A stretch of DNA of 58,846 nt, filler included, from Streblomastix strix (Eukaryota), in NCBI GenBank assembly GCA_008636045.1. It is 2 parts of 2 records of this genome, joined end to end, with 100 filler letters (N's around TTAATTAATTAA, not from the genome) between each part and the next. Parts side by side here need not be neighbours in the genome. Positions count along the whole stretch, not along the records: positions 1 to 29,392 come from SNRW01000101.1; positions 29,493 to 58,846 come from SNRW01000102.1. The stretch is one strand, 5' to 3'. Shown one piece after another: positions 18,901-32,400 of the stretch (positions are counted from its first letter, which is position 1; the number at the start of each line of letters is the position of its first letter). Under the pieces are notes generated by a model that did no database searches, was not told where the DNA came from, and saw only the letters and a program-made list of their open reading frames with translations. Made by a program: the position numbers and the translations under genes.

Positions 18901-21900
18901 GTAAAAGTTGAGGATAAAAATAAAGCAAAAGAAAATGAAGTAGTAAAAACATAATTAAATGATAAAGAAAATGATAAAGAGAAAGATAAAGAAAAGATTT
19001 AAAATATTGAAAAAGACAAGTTAAAAGAAAATTTAGAATAAAACATCATTAAAACTAAAGAATAAAAGAATGAACAGCAAATTGATAAATTGAAATAAAA
19101 TGATAAAGAAAAAGAAATTGTCTCAAATAAGCCAAATGAATTAAATAAACCAACTGACCAAAATAAACCAACAGACACAAATTAACCTAAACCATAAAAA
19201 CTTTAACCAAAAGAAGAACAAAAACTGAAAAAAATTGTCAAACAACAGTGGATTGACAAAGGTCTTGGAAATGACATTGATATCGACAAAGACGAAATAA
19301 AAAGAATCAATTAGGAAAAAGAGATGAAAGAAGAAAAATAGATCAAATAGTTGTTGGAAAGATAAAAGGAATATTAAGCTGATCGATTAAAAGAGAAAGA
19401 AAAAGAATTAGAAAAAGAAAAGTTGAATTTGAATTTGAATAAAGAAGAATAATAAAAAGATTAATAAAATTAATTAACAAAATAATAACTGTAATAATAA
19501 TAAAGATCAAGATCAACAAATAAATCAAAAACAAATGATCAATTTGATAATATGAAGGAGAATATAAACATTAGTTTTGACAATGACACTGAAAAAGAGA
19601 AATAACTCAAAGAAAAATAAAACAGTAAAATTACTGATAATAAAACACAACCTGACAAACTCTTGCATCAACATAAACCATCAACAATGAATAAACCAAG
19701 TAAAACATCTCGTTCTTCTTCAGATTAACTGACATTTGATAATTCGCCTTTAATTATATCACAAGCAGGTTTGAAGGACAAACAGACCTTAAAGGACAAA
19801 ATAAAAGAAAAATTAAAAGAAAGAGAAAATGAAAATGATGACGATTGGTTTAATAATTAAGATACCAAAATAAATAACAAAGAAATAACTAATACGAATA
19901 CAAACACAAATATTGACAAAGATAAAGAAAAAGAAAAAGAACTTCTCCTATAAAAGCTCAAACAGAAAGAAAAGGAGAAATCCCGAGATATCGAAAGAGA
20001 GAAGTTAAGAAACAGCTCCAGATCACGAAGCCATTCACATGAGAGATCCAAATAGAAAGAGATGCACAACCAGAGGTCGAAGTCACGCGATGCACTAAGG
20101 AAGAGCTAGAGGTCTTTGTCACGATCTGGGTCAGCTTCAAAGTCGAAATCTAAGTCGAAATCTAAATCTAAACATAGACATCGATCAAGTTCATAATCCA
20201 GCAAGAAAACTACCCATAAATAGCACCATAATAATGAAAGTAAGACAAAAAGGACGCATAAATCGAGTTAGAACGAGAAATTGGACCAGTCGGTGTCTAA
20301 AACAGAGAGAGAAGGCAGAAAAAGGAGTAAGATTGACAGCAGCACTGATAACTACAACTTAGAAGATGATATCGATGAAGATCTAAGAGATTTATCCAAA
20401 TCCAAATAGGACATAAAGAAGAAAATATTATAGAAGAAGAAAGATAAAGAAAGGAAAGAGTTAAGAAAACATAATAGATAGATGAGCAGAAGTAGGTCAA
20501 GAAGCAGGAATAGAAATGAGTTAAAGAATAAAGATGGGAAAAGATAAATGAGTAAAAGTCCAGAAAGAGGGAATTAAAATAATAAAGAAAATATTAGAGA
20601 AAAATAATTAGAAAAATAAATAGAAAAAGAATAAGAGAAATTAAATGTCAGTATTTCGAAGCATAAAAGAAGTTAGAGCTAATATAAACCTAATGTAGGA
20701 TAAGATAATTATATTGATAATTAGAAAGGTGAATAGAATATATAAGGTGGTAAACATTCACGAAGCAAAAGCTAAGCGAAGAATTTAGTTTTATATGATG
20801 AATAGGACAAATATAACAACAACAAAGATCATCAATCTGGTTTTTCATAAGACAACAACAACAACAATTTAAACAGAGATGATCTTAGGAAGAAACTCCG
20901 AGAACACAACAGGAATAAAAGCAAAAGCAGGGAAAGAAATCATGAAAAGAGTTAAGAAAGACATCGGCAGCATTCAAAGGACAGAAACTTGAATAAATCA
21001 ACTAGCAGATCTGAAGATATTAAAAATACTAAAGAAAAAGGTTAAGATAAATAAAGAGATCGAAGTCTTAGCAGACCAAGAAGCAAATCGCACAATAGGA
21101 ATGAATATGGATATGATAAAGAATAAGATAATGAAATAAATAAAGAAAAGGATAAGGATCATTTGAAGGAGAAAATGAAGATAAAAGAAAAAGAGAAAGA
21201 AATTAGTAAAGAAAAAGAGAAAGAAAGAGAACAATAAAGAATTCTTATGAGAAATGATCTGAATAACACAATATATCACTTGAGGAGTTCTAGTATAGAT
21301 AATAGTAATAACAATAATGCTAATAACGATCAGAACTATAATGAGTAAATAAATCACGAGGATGTTGTTTTCAGATTGTAGGAGAAGAATGTAGAATTGG
21401 AGAGAAGCAAAGAAGCTGAATTCCTGATTTCTTTGCAAAGTTTACATCCGATATAGTTTATTCAGATTGCTGAGATGATGAACTACAGTAATATTAATAA
21501 TAGTAATACTGATAATTAAAATAATAACACCAATATTAATAACTAATTAAATGATAATAATAATCCATAATCAAACATTAGCCCACAAAATCAGAAATCA
21601 TAGCCGCTTTCTCTTTATTAACAATACATCACTTAACCAAATATAACATCATCTACATAGTCACCATTTTAATAATCAACTTCCTTAACTAAATAAAATC
21701 AATAGCAACAATAATTAGCTTCATTAAATCTACCTATTTTACCTACATTGCATGTTCTATCAATATTACTGTTGCATCTTTTGTTGAGAGAATTCGATGT
21801 GATTAGATTCAGGTTGAGTGCTTTGAGATTGTTGATTGCTCTTAATTCGATGTTTAGATTGTCGGCGGGAAGGTATTTATTCTTTTATTATATTAATTAA

Positions 21901-24900
21901 TTAATAACTATTTTTTTATTATTAGATATTTATAATATTTATAATATTTATTATATTTATATTATTTATTTATTTATTTAGATGTTTAGCAACTGCATCT
22001 TCAATAGAATCAATATGCGATGATATAAATAAGATAAAAAGAAGAATTGGAATAATGATCAGAGTGGCATAGATAATAAATGATAGAATAATAAAGAAAG
22101 ATATTAAAGAAGATTTTGAAATAAAAGATGAATAAAAAGATATTGAATAAGATTTGAAAAAGAAAGAATTGGATCACAAATATAATAAATAATAAGAAAA
22201 ATTAAAAGGAAAACAATCAACTTAAAAAGAAACCTAGAAAACAAGTCAATAATTATCTTCTTAATCATTATAAAATATTCCATTATCAACATCCATTCAA
22301 TCTCAATCAATTAATTAATTCCAGAGTCTAATTAATATTCCAATAAATTCCTTATATTATCCATAACCATATTCATAATATTCTCCATTTTATTCCAACT
22401 ATTCTCCAAATCTCGCAAATTTCACCGACAACTCTCAATTCCACACTGAACTACAGCAATATTCATCATCTAATTCATAATCAAACTCAAATCAATTCCA
22501 TTCACCATCTAAATTCTCATAACTTCCACCTCTAGCGTTTCACTTCATACATTCATCTGTGCTATAGAGAGTCGATAGAGAAGATCTATTGTGCGAGATT
22601 GTGCATGAAATGATGGTCAGATGGCACAAAAGAGTTGTTGATACGATTAATTTGTAGAGGTAAGCGAAGTAGTAAGTTCAGTAGTAATAGTAAGGGTAGC
22701 AAGTATAGACATTGTCCATGTAGATGATGTAGATGTAGTAAAGCTGGTAGTAGTAATAATAAACTTCTGGATTTGCTGGTATTAATTAACAAACTACTGC
22801 ATATTCATCATCTACAATATTTCCTCCGCATTTCTTTGTATTCAATTTATTGAATCTAATTTAATAATAATAAAATCATTAAACTAGTTAATCATTCTCC
22901 AATCAATAATAACAACAATAATAATAAACCAGTATTTATACACCATACTCATTTCTAAATTCATCATAATCACCTTTGACACTTCTCCCTTCTCCATTAT
23001 AACAGTAATATTAAAAATAATACCAGTTCTAACCATTGCAGTATAAATAGAATTTGTTATAATAGTTATAACAATAGAATTAATAATAGTAATAATAATA
23101 GCTACAATTGTTGTAGCAGCAGGAACCTGCTATTTTGACGTGTAGTTTCTATACGACATGCAATAGTATAAATAACAACAATAATACAACTAATTAATAC
23201 AATTAAAATATTAGAAACACAAACAGAGATGAAAATAATAATAGTTTATTTAATATGATTTAATATGTTGATATTGATGAATATGGATCGAATGATCGAA
23301 TAGAACAAAAAAGATTAATACAAAGATAAATAGAAAAATAAAGAAGAAAAGAATAAATGAAGATTGAATTGGAAAATCAGTAAAAATAAGCAAAAGAAAT
23401 AATTAACAAGTAAAGTGAAAGTGAATTATAATAAGATGATGATATTCCACTTCCACTATTACCTTCACATTAAATACCAACCAGTGCAAAAACAAATAAT
23501 ACTAATATAGATGATAATGATCAACCATATTCCTCATTTCTCCCTTCAATAAACAATCCAGTTTAAACTCCTGATGCAAATATAATAAAATCAACAAAAC
23601 CATTTAACCCAATTAATCAAATACAAATACAAAATAATTAATTACGAACACAATCAGAAAGGACAGTTATTGGGATGTCAATGAAGAACACTTTCACAGT
23701 AACCGACTTCGCTTTCTTAGAAGAAATGATGATGTTGACGATGGAAGCGAAATAGAAAGAAACGGAAGATAAAGAAAAAGAATTGAAAGAATTGAAAGAT
23801 TTAAAAGATTTGGCTGGAGGAAAATTGAAAGATAAAGATAAAGATAAAAGTGGGTTTGGTACTTAGAAAAATAAGAAAGTTGATAAAACAAGTGAAAAAT
23901 AAGATATAACACTGAATTTTAATGATAAAATAAACAAATTCAATACTGGAAGACCATAAAGTTCAAATTTAACTGATATTTCAAAGAATCAGGGAAAATA
24001 AGTCATAATTCGACCTCAAACTACTCAATAATTCACATCTTCTATTGGAAAACAATCACAATAATAATAACAAATATAACAGCAGCTCCAATAACAAATC
24101 CAACAGCAGCAGCAAATCCAGCTCTACGATCAATATATCCAATATTAATAACAACTTCAATAATTCCAACACCAACAGCTAATAAACTACTTCAAAACCT
24201 TATTCACTCCACGTTTCATCTCCTTCCAGCAACATTTCCAATCAGTCCCTACATTCCAACTCTCCAGCATGAAGCTCCTCCAGACACTGTGCACAGGAAT
24301 ATTCATAGTTTTAGTCTCCACACCCCAACAGGCCATAATTCGTCTGAACAGGATCAGAACATACAACTTATTGAAACCTCTTCCAACTCCACCTCCTGGG
24401 TTCTTCTTGCTGTCGAATTTGTCTCAGTTGGGTTTTGGGGGCCCAGTTGTGGTTCCGCCGCCGCCGATGATGCCTCCGCCATAAATTAATGCGAATGTGA
24501 ATATAAATCAATAAGGGAATGTGAATTAATAGTAAATATAATAATAGTAATAATAGTAATAATAATTGGGAATATAATAATAAGGGATTGAATAATAGAA
24601 TAGTGAAATATTGAATTAGTAAAGTGGAGCTAGTTCTTCATCCTAAATTCTATAAGTATCTGCAGCTATATTTCAAGGAAAAGAAGAAGAATAACCTTAA
24701 TAATTACAACTTCCTTTAAATTAATTGAATCAATAAAGTGACTAATTTAAATAAGATTCACAACTTATGCATACAAATCCACTCAATCAAAATGTTCCCA
24801 ATACTCAATTTACTTCTTTTTCTACCCCTTATTCTCCTTTCTTTCCAACTTAACCTCAATAAACTCTGTAATAATAATAAACTTAGTAATAATAACCTTA

Positions 24901-27900
24901 ATAATAATAATAATAAACTCAGTAATAATAATAATAACCTCAATAATAATAATAATAACAACAGCAATAAATCAAATTAATCCAATCCCCACTCTAACAA
25001 CAACAGCAGCAAATCCAACTCTTCCAGCAGATCCAGCAACCGTCAATAATCACACAACCACCATCATTGTCCGTCCCACAGAACATATTCCACATCGCAG
25101 TTCGTGTTTTGACCATCGTTTTTTCGTCTTCTTTCACACTGACTCAGGAAAATAGAGCAGATAATGGGAAAAGATGCGCTAAATATATTACATAGAATAT
25201 AGCTATAACACCTTTTACTATTGTGCTGATTGATATCATATTCAGAATTGAGCATCAGAAGCAGTTGGATATTTGGAATAGAGAAAGAGAAAGAGATGAA
25301 AGAAAAGAAGATAAAAAATTGAAGAAATAAGAAAAGGAGTCTGAAAAAGAAAGAGAATTTATGATTCAGGTGTTGGTTGGAAATGAAAATGAGGTTGAAA
25401 TTGATAATAAGAGTAAGAATAAGAATATTAATTAGAAAGAAAATGAAAATTAGGAAGAATCGGATAATATTGATGAAGATATTGATGATGAATAAGATAA
25501 ATTGGAAGGAGTAAGTATTTAAAACTATAAGAATGATTAAGATGGTATGAATGCAATCAATATTATAGCTACTGCATTGTTATTCAAATATGAGAATGAG
25601 AAAGAAAAGATTAGATTGAGAGATAAAAGAAGATCAACAAGAAAAAGAAGAAGAAAATTCAAAGCCAAAAATTAATTATTTGATTAAAATTTAGGCAAAA
25701 TTTAAGTGAACAATAAAGATGATGAATAAACAAATGAATTTTCTGCTTCAAATAAACAAAAAGGAGAAACATTCAGAGTTGGAAGAAGAAGAAGAAGAGA
25801 AAGGACAACTTCAAATGAAAGATTGCAAAATGTGTTACAGGCGATTGAAGCTAAAAATGATGCAAAATAAGAAAATATTGAAAGAAAAGTTGATGATTCG
25901 GATAAAGATAATAAAAATAATGAACCTGAACTATTAGTGTTACAGTAATAAGTTGTAAATGAGAAGGAAATTGGGAATATGAATGAAAAAGAGAACATAG
26001 TTGATTAAGATAAAAACTTTGATAAAGATAAAAATACATTAAATAGAAACACATTAAGATCTCTGAGCAAATAGAATATATAATCATTATAATAATAATA
26101 ATAATAATCTTCAGTTAATTAACTTTAATAAAAATAAAGATCATAATCCCCAACAAAACAAAAATTATCTTCATAATCATCATCATTAAACTAATAATTG
26201 ACTTTTCCACAGTTCATTAATTCTTCCTATCATTAATTACCTTTACGTTAATAAATACATCAATATTCACAAATAGATTCGCCTGTTCACGCGCATTCAT
26301 CAACATTATTCAACCCCAAAAGAACATCTGTATTGAGTTATCCATATATACATTAATAGACATAACTACTTCAGTCATAATAAAATATCTATAAATAAAA
26401 ACACCAATCTTTTAATTAATATCAACAGTCATAACTATTCACACTACTTCCGCACCATTCATTGGCATCAGTATTATATTCTCCACTTCTGATATCACCA
26501 GTTTTATCTTTCCATTCATTCAAATCTTTCATATAAACTGATTTCCCAGTATATTACTACAAGAATATGAATGAAAATGAGATTAATGAATAAGAGAATA
26601 ATGAGTATTTTATTAGTGAGAGCGAAAGTGATAAAGAAAATCAAATGAGGTCAGATTCTTCTTCTCCAAATAAATTACATGGGAAATAAACAACACAGAA
26701 ATCGTCACCTTCAATTTATTAATAATTTTAGTATTAATAAAAATTAGGATCTAACTAATCCAAATAAAACCTCAGTTCGTCTTCAAATTCACCTTCAATA
26801 TCTCAAACATCTTCATCTTCTCCTAACCAGATAAAATATCAGTCTAATTCACGCCAATCTTTTACATCACATTAAAGTCGATCTTCATAGAGTAGTTTTT
26901 CTGGATCAATTTCTCCATCATAATTGTAATAATAACCATATTCATCTTCGACTATTAGAAATACATATGATCAGAACTCACCTTATTATTCAATATAACT
27001 TACTTTATAGTCACTGCTGCATTTAGCAGCTAATATACATTATGAGCATGCATAAGCTGAAACAGTTATTTCCAATGTTTTATTACAGTAAATGCAATAA
27101 TTGTAATAACTAAATACTTAAACAACATCAAATCTTGCTTAATCATCAACTACTTAATCTTTAGTAACTTCTTCATCTTCATAATCTTTATTATTGCAAA
27201 CATCATCTCCCAATTATTAAGATTAACTACAATAACAACAACAATTATAAACTCAAACTAACAATCCACAATTACTCGCAAATTAAGCCCAAAATTTACC
27301 TTTAAGCCCAGAAAATCAAATAATTCAAGTTTCTATTGATTCGCTCCAATTGCTTCATTCATAAACCCAAGGATGGTATGGTGGAATTAAAGATAGACAA
27401 AATGCTATGAAAGCGTTTTAGTAACTGAATACAACAAATACGAATTTAAATGCATAAATTGTTGGTAATGAACAGCTTAAATAACAAGTAACGATTTCTA
27501 AGGTGTAATCAAATACTATTTCAGCATAATAACCTCCTTTATCAATATAATAATAACAACAATCTTCTTCAACTTATCAATAATCTTCAATTTCAATGGT
27601 GATTCCATCAATATCTTCATATAATACACTGCAAGATTCATCATTGTATGACAGCTCTATATTTCCAACTGATAACATCGACTACCCTCAGAATTAGTCA
27701 GAAAAAGAAGAAGAATAAAATCTGAATCCAAAAACATCATCAAATTAACAACAAACTCCAACAATCGCTTAGCCATTGCATTTATAGTCATTCCATCAAT
27801 AAGCTGCTTCTATATTCTAAAGTTAGTTGAAAGCTCCAACATAACCTGTTTTATATTCAAATTAGTTGGAAAATGAAATTGTATCTGGATTTACGTATTA

Positions 27901-28627
27901 GCAGCATTATTAGATCAGATTGGCACTGATTTACAGGTCGATTGAATCGTCTTTGATTGCAACTGAATAAAAATACTTCATGTTTTATATATAAACATGC
28001 GGGATGAAGTTTGAATTGAAAGAAATCAAAGAGAAATTAAAAGAAATAACTTCTGATAATAAAGACAAAGTTTTAGACCGAAAATCTACAAATTCATTAA
28101 GATACAAAAACGAACAGATTTCATAAAACTCATAAAATTCATAAACGTATGAAAATTCAGTTAGAGCGCTCATTCCGCATTATTAAGGTCCTTAATCCAA
28201 ATAATCATAAACATAGTAATCTTCATCAAATAATCTATCTTCATCATCCAATTCTAGTTCTCTATAGAAAATAAGATCATCTTCATCTATAAATGAATAA
28301 AAACAAAATCAATAATAATAATTATAATAACAAACTAGATATAAACTGTATATAACATTATAGAAACAAAACCAATAATAATAACAATAATTTTCTTCAA
28401 TTTCTCCATCTCAAACTCCTCCACTTGTTTAATCTTATTTATATTTATTTATTTTTATTTATCTTTATCCAATAGTTAATCTTTTTCTTTCTATTTTGGC
28501 AAAATTACTCTAATTAAATAAACATCATTTTATTTCATCTTCATATTTCAATTCTAATTCAGCATATTCAATATTCTAAGCCTCAAGCACTGCACATCGT
28601 CAATATCAGATATTTCAATCTATCTGA
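12992..28627 (+). CDS. Giant (~4900 aa) hypothetical protein with helical islands among Q/N/S/K/E/R low-complexity tracts; about 9 exons; 3' end uncertain
   Basis: ATG 12992 (MKGLKKNTVPSEFYSILK). Phase-consistent GT-AG introns near 13098, 13296, 14002, 14197, 14373, 14980, 15227 and 21873. Two ~6.5-kb exons (15360-21872, 21982-28627) showed no TGA before 28625. Confidence 0.7.
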
Positions 28628-29392
28628 ATCCAATCAGTGGAACCAATTTAATTTTCACATGCACTGAAACTAATGGAAGTTGATTAGGGAGTAAATTTAG
28701 ATTAAAATCTGTCTTGTTGTGAAATGGAAAATTAATTGGAGAAAGTGATGCATATGGATTTGATGATAATGATGGAGATTGAGTTGGAATTGGAACTGGA
28801 TCTGGAATTGGAATTAAAGATTAGTTTAATTATAATAATTGTTATTAATTATTGTCTTATTCTAATTAATTGCTTTATTCTTATTCTTATTCATTTACAA
28901 TTTCATTTTCATTTTCGTTTTCTTTCCAAAGTTCTCCATTTAAAATCATTTCTTATACAAATTCATCATCCTAAACAATTGGCTGTATTAATTCAAGTGT
29001 TTTATCGTAGTTTATTTGTGATTTATTGACTTCAGATGATAATTACGAGAATAAACTATTGTTATTATTGTTGTTATTACTATTTAAAGAGTCGGAAGAT
29101 TGTTGAAATGAAATTGGTGAAGTGTCTTTATTAAACTATTAATCAAAATAAGTTAAATATTTAACAGATTATAAAACAAATTAATTTAATTAAACATTAA
29201 AATTTTAATATTATTTTAAAAAATTTTATTAAATAATTTGATTTGATGATATTTGAAGTTTTCATTATATCTAATATACTAATTATTATTAATGTTACTT
29301 TTAAATACGATTAGATGGATGTAAATATGGAGAATATTGTGATTATGATTACAAAAGTGACAATGAAAGATAATACATTGATTGTGTGCTTA
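28400..29392 (-). pseudogene. Degenerate minus-strand low-complexity coding fragment converging on or overlapping the end of the giant gene
   Basis: The reverse strand reads ENENEIVNEQEQEQSNQLEQDNNQQQLLQLNQSLIPIPDPVPIPTQSPS and AVLEAQNIEYAELELKYEDEIK, with several TGAs and at least one frame change. Confidence 0.5.
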
Positions 29393-29492
29393 NNNNNNNN
29401 NNNNNNNNNNNNNNNNNNNNNNNNNNNNNNNNNNNNTTAATTAATTAANNNNNNNNNNNNNNNNNNNNNNNNNNNNNNNNNNNNNNNNNNNN
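29393..29492. other. Artificial contig-joining linker (44 N + TTAATTAATTAA + 44 N)
   Basis: Exactly 100 nt and symmetrical. The 12-mer gives standard-code stops in all six frames. The flanking pieces are 29392 and 29354 nt. Confidence 0.95.
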
Positions 29493-32400
29493 AATTAATC
29501 AATTTCATTTTCTCTGCAACTTTTGAAATGTCGGTTTAAGCAATTAATGTTCGTAATTGGTCTGATAATTCAGGAGGATCAACTGCAATAGTAACAAATC
29601 GATTTCGAAGCGCAAGTGATATGGTTTATCCTTATCTATTTGGATTAGTTGTAAGTGTAGCTATGACTACAAAACCTTATGCTACATGTTACTCAGTAAA
29701 TTCAACTTTCTCTGGAACAAGGAATGGAGTTTAATCTCTTCGAGCATTCTTCTCTAGAATTGGATTGAGTCTTTCTGTAACTTGTGCTTTTGCTTCATCA
29801 ATTCTATCAAGAATAACTGGAGTTCCAGATTCAGCAGCAATAAGTAGTGGTCCATTTTCCCATTTGATCAATTTTGTCATATCTGTTTCATTGCTTTTCA
29901 TTTCTTGTGATTTAAATGATCCAATTATATTCTTAACTGTTGATTCTGGACCAAGTAATACTTCTGGTACTACAATCCTTCTTTCTCTTGCAGTTTCTTT
30001 TGTGCAGAATTTAGCAACAAATCTGGCTAGTGTACTGAGACCACATCCACTTGGTCCTTCCAGAAGCACATGAAGTCCATTTCGTGCTGCATCAATTGCA
30101 TATACTGCTGCATCAATGAATAGAGGATGTGGATGAATATGCATTTCTGTTGCAACCATAGTTATTTCATCACGAAGTTTTTAGAAATTGTCACTCTGTC
30201 CGAGTTTATCAATATAGTCGTTGAATTAAGTTCTATCTGCAGTTGGAATTTGTGCGAGATAAGCAATTGTACATGCATCTCTTGGTTTAAGTTTTTCTAA
30301 AACCATCAGATCTATGGCATAAGAAAAGTTTCTAAGCGTCATTGCTGCTGATCCGCGAGATTTATCTTTTCTCTAATCAGATGCATAATAATTTTCAACA
30401 CTTTTATGAATATCTGCTATTTATATTGATTCTTTTTCATATTATGGATAAAATTTTTGGATGAGTTGGTTGAATATATCATTACATTCTTCTCTACTCA
30501 TCAATGGAAATGATATGGTATGAAATCGTGCCAGTATTTCAGAAGTTATTATGATTCTCTATTAGGGTGTGAACCCATCTGTCTCACCATTTAGTGTTGC
30601 AATTATTCGGAAATTTTGATGTCTAATAATTTTCCTTCCTTCAATTTCAATCGTGTTCCCATCCAAAGCAGTAAGAATTGAAGAAATCACTTTTGGTGGG
30701 CATAAATCAAATCCAGTTAATAACAATACTCTTCCTTTCTCATAAGCTTCAGCAAGTACTCCAGGAACATATGAAAGCATCGAAGTTCCTTTTCTTCTAA
30801 GCATCTTCCTTCCTAAAAGATCGCCAACTTCAGTTTATACACTTAAGGCATAAATAAGAGGAAATTAACCATATAATCCAACAGATGCTACTTATGCCGT
30901 CAAACTCTTTGATGCGCTTGTTGGTCCTTGAATAAGAAGAGGAATTCCTGAATTAAGAGCGTGTATAACTATATCTAATCGAGCTTTGGAACTTTATGTT
31001 ATTATGAACCTTGGAATTTATTTAGCTATTTGTCCATTACGAATTATTTCTTCTGCAAATTCTGGCTTTGATTTACCTTCACGAATATTAGCAATCAATT
31101 TAGAAGATTCAGTAAGAAGGTTGTCTGATGAAATTTATGTTTAGAATAAATCTTCTCGATCACAATAGAATCCGCATGTATTTGCATCTCCTGGAGTGTA
31201 TTAATTAGATTCATAGTTTAATTTTATTTTGGGTTTTGTTTTTAAATTTTCTGTTTAGTCTTTGAAATAAATGAGGGCATCAATAGCTGCATTATAGCGT
31301 GAGTCATCTGATGAAATGTTGAGATTGACAATTTATTATGCAAAATTATTAACTTTAATTCCTTTTCCGAAAAGAATTTAGAGTGAAATTTTTGAGATTA
31401 TTGTACTTGGAAATTCTAAAGAATGAATGATTAGATTATTATTGCTTAATTGTTTAATAAGATTGTTTGCATCTAAAAGCATCTCTTCTGGAACTGCTGG
31501 AACTACTGCTTCGAGTGCAGCGAAGAATGCAGGTGTAAGAGATTTTCTCTGATCATGTTGTATATATTTTAAATTTTGAATTATTTCTGTTTCTGTTGTT
31601 AATTTTATTTCATATTTATTTATTTTATTACTATCATCATCTTCCTCATCAATTTATGTTAATTCATGTACTCGAGGAATTGCTCCATGGTTCCGTCCAA
31701 GACCATTATGATAAAGAGAATATTATAATTTTTCATCGCTTTGGTTTATGAAAAATACAGGAACAGCAACAGCTTATCTCATTGAAGATATTGAATCGTC
31801 TTATTGTGAGACTTGATTCTAATTAATAGGAATTTTGGAAATGCATTTTTCAGTTTCTATCTTTACGAAAGGGAATCCTTAATCAGACTGATTCTAAGGA
31901 TCAACAATAAAGAGTGAATTGATGTCTAAATTTTTTGGATAATGAATTATAACTTCAGCTCTCAAAATTGAATAATTTTCATCTTCGTAATCAATTTCTG
32001 CAGAATATCCAAGAGGTTTAATACCTTAAAATTTTTAATCAATTAATAATTTCCAATTTCTCCATCTTTCATATTTTCTAGATTTTTCATCTTAAACTTT
32101 TAGATTTAATTGGTTTTATTATTAATTATGTTATTATTATTATAAATCTTCTAATTTCAATGTTTGTGATTGATATTATGATTCTTATTATTATTGTTTT
32201 AGTTCTTATTATAATAATTCAATATTATATTCTCTTGATTTCAAATTTGTATCAAGAATATCTTTTTCTTTCATTTTTAATTAATTTTCTTATTCGTATA
32301 ATTTCTTCTAATTCAATTCTTCTTATTCAAACATCTTTCGATGATCAATTAATTTTTCCTTTTTAAGTGCATAAAGAATGTCATTTCTTCATTTCTTCTT

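Noticed and set aside
29437..29448. TTAATTAATTAA palindrome as a biological site
   Set aside because: It is centred in symmetrical N runs and is a synthetic linker.
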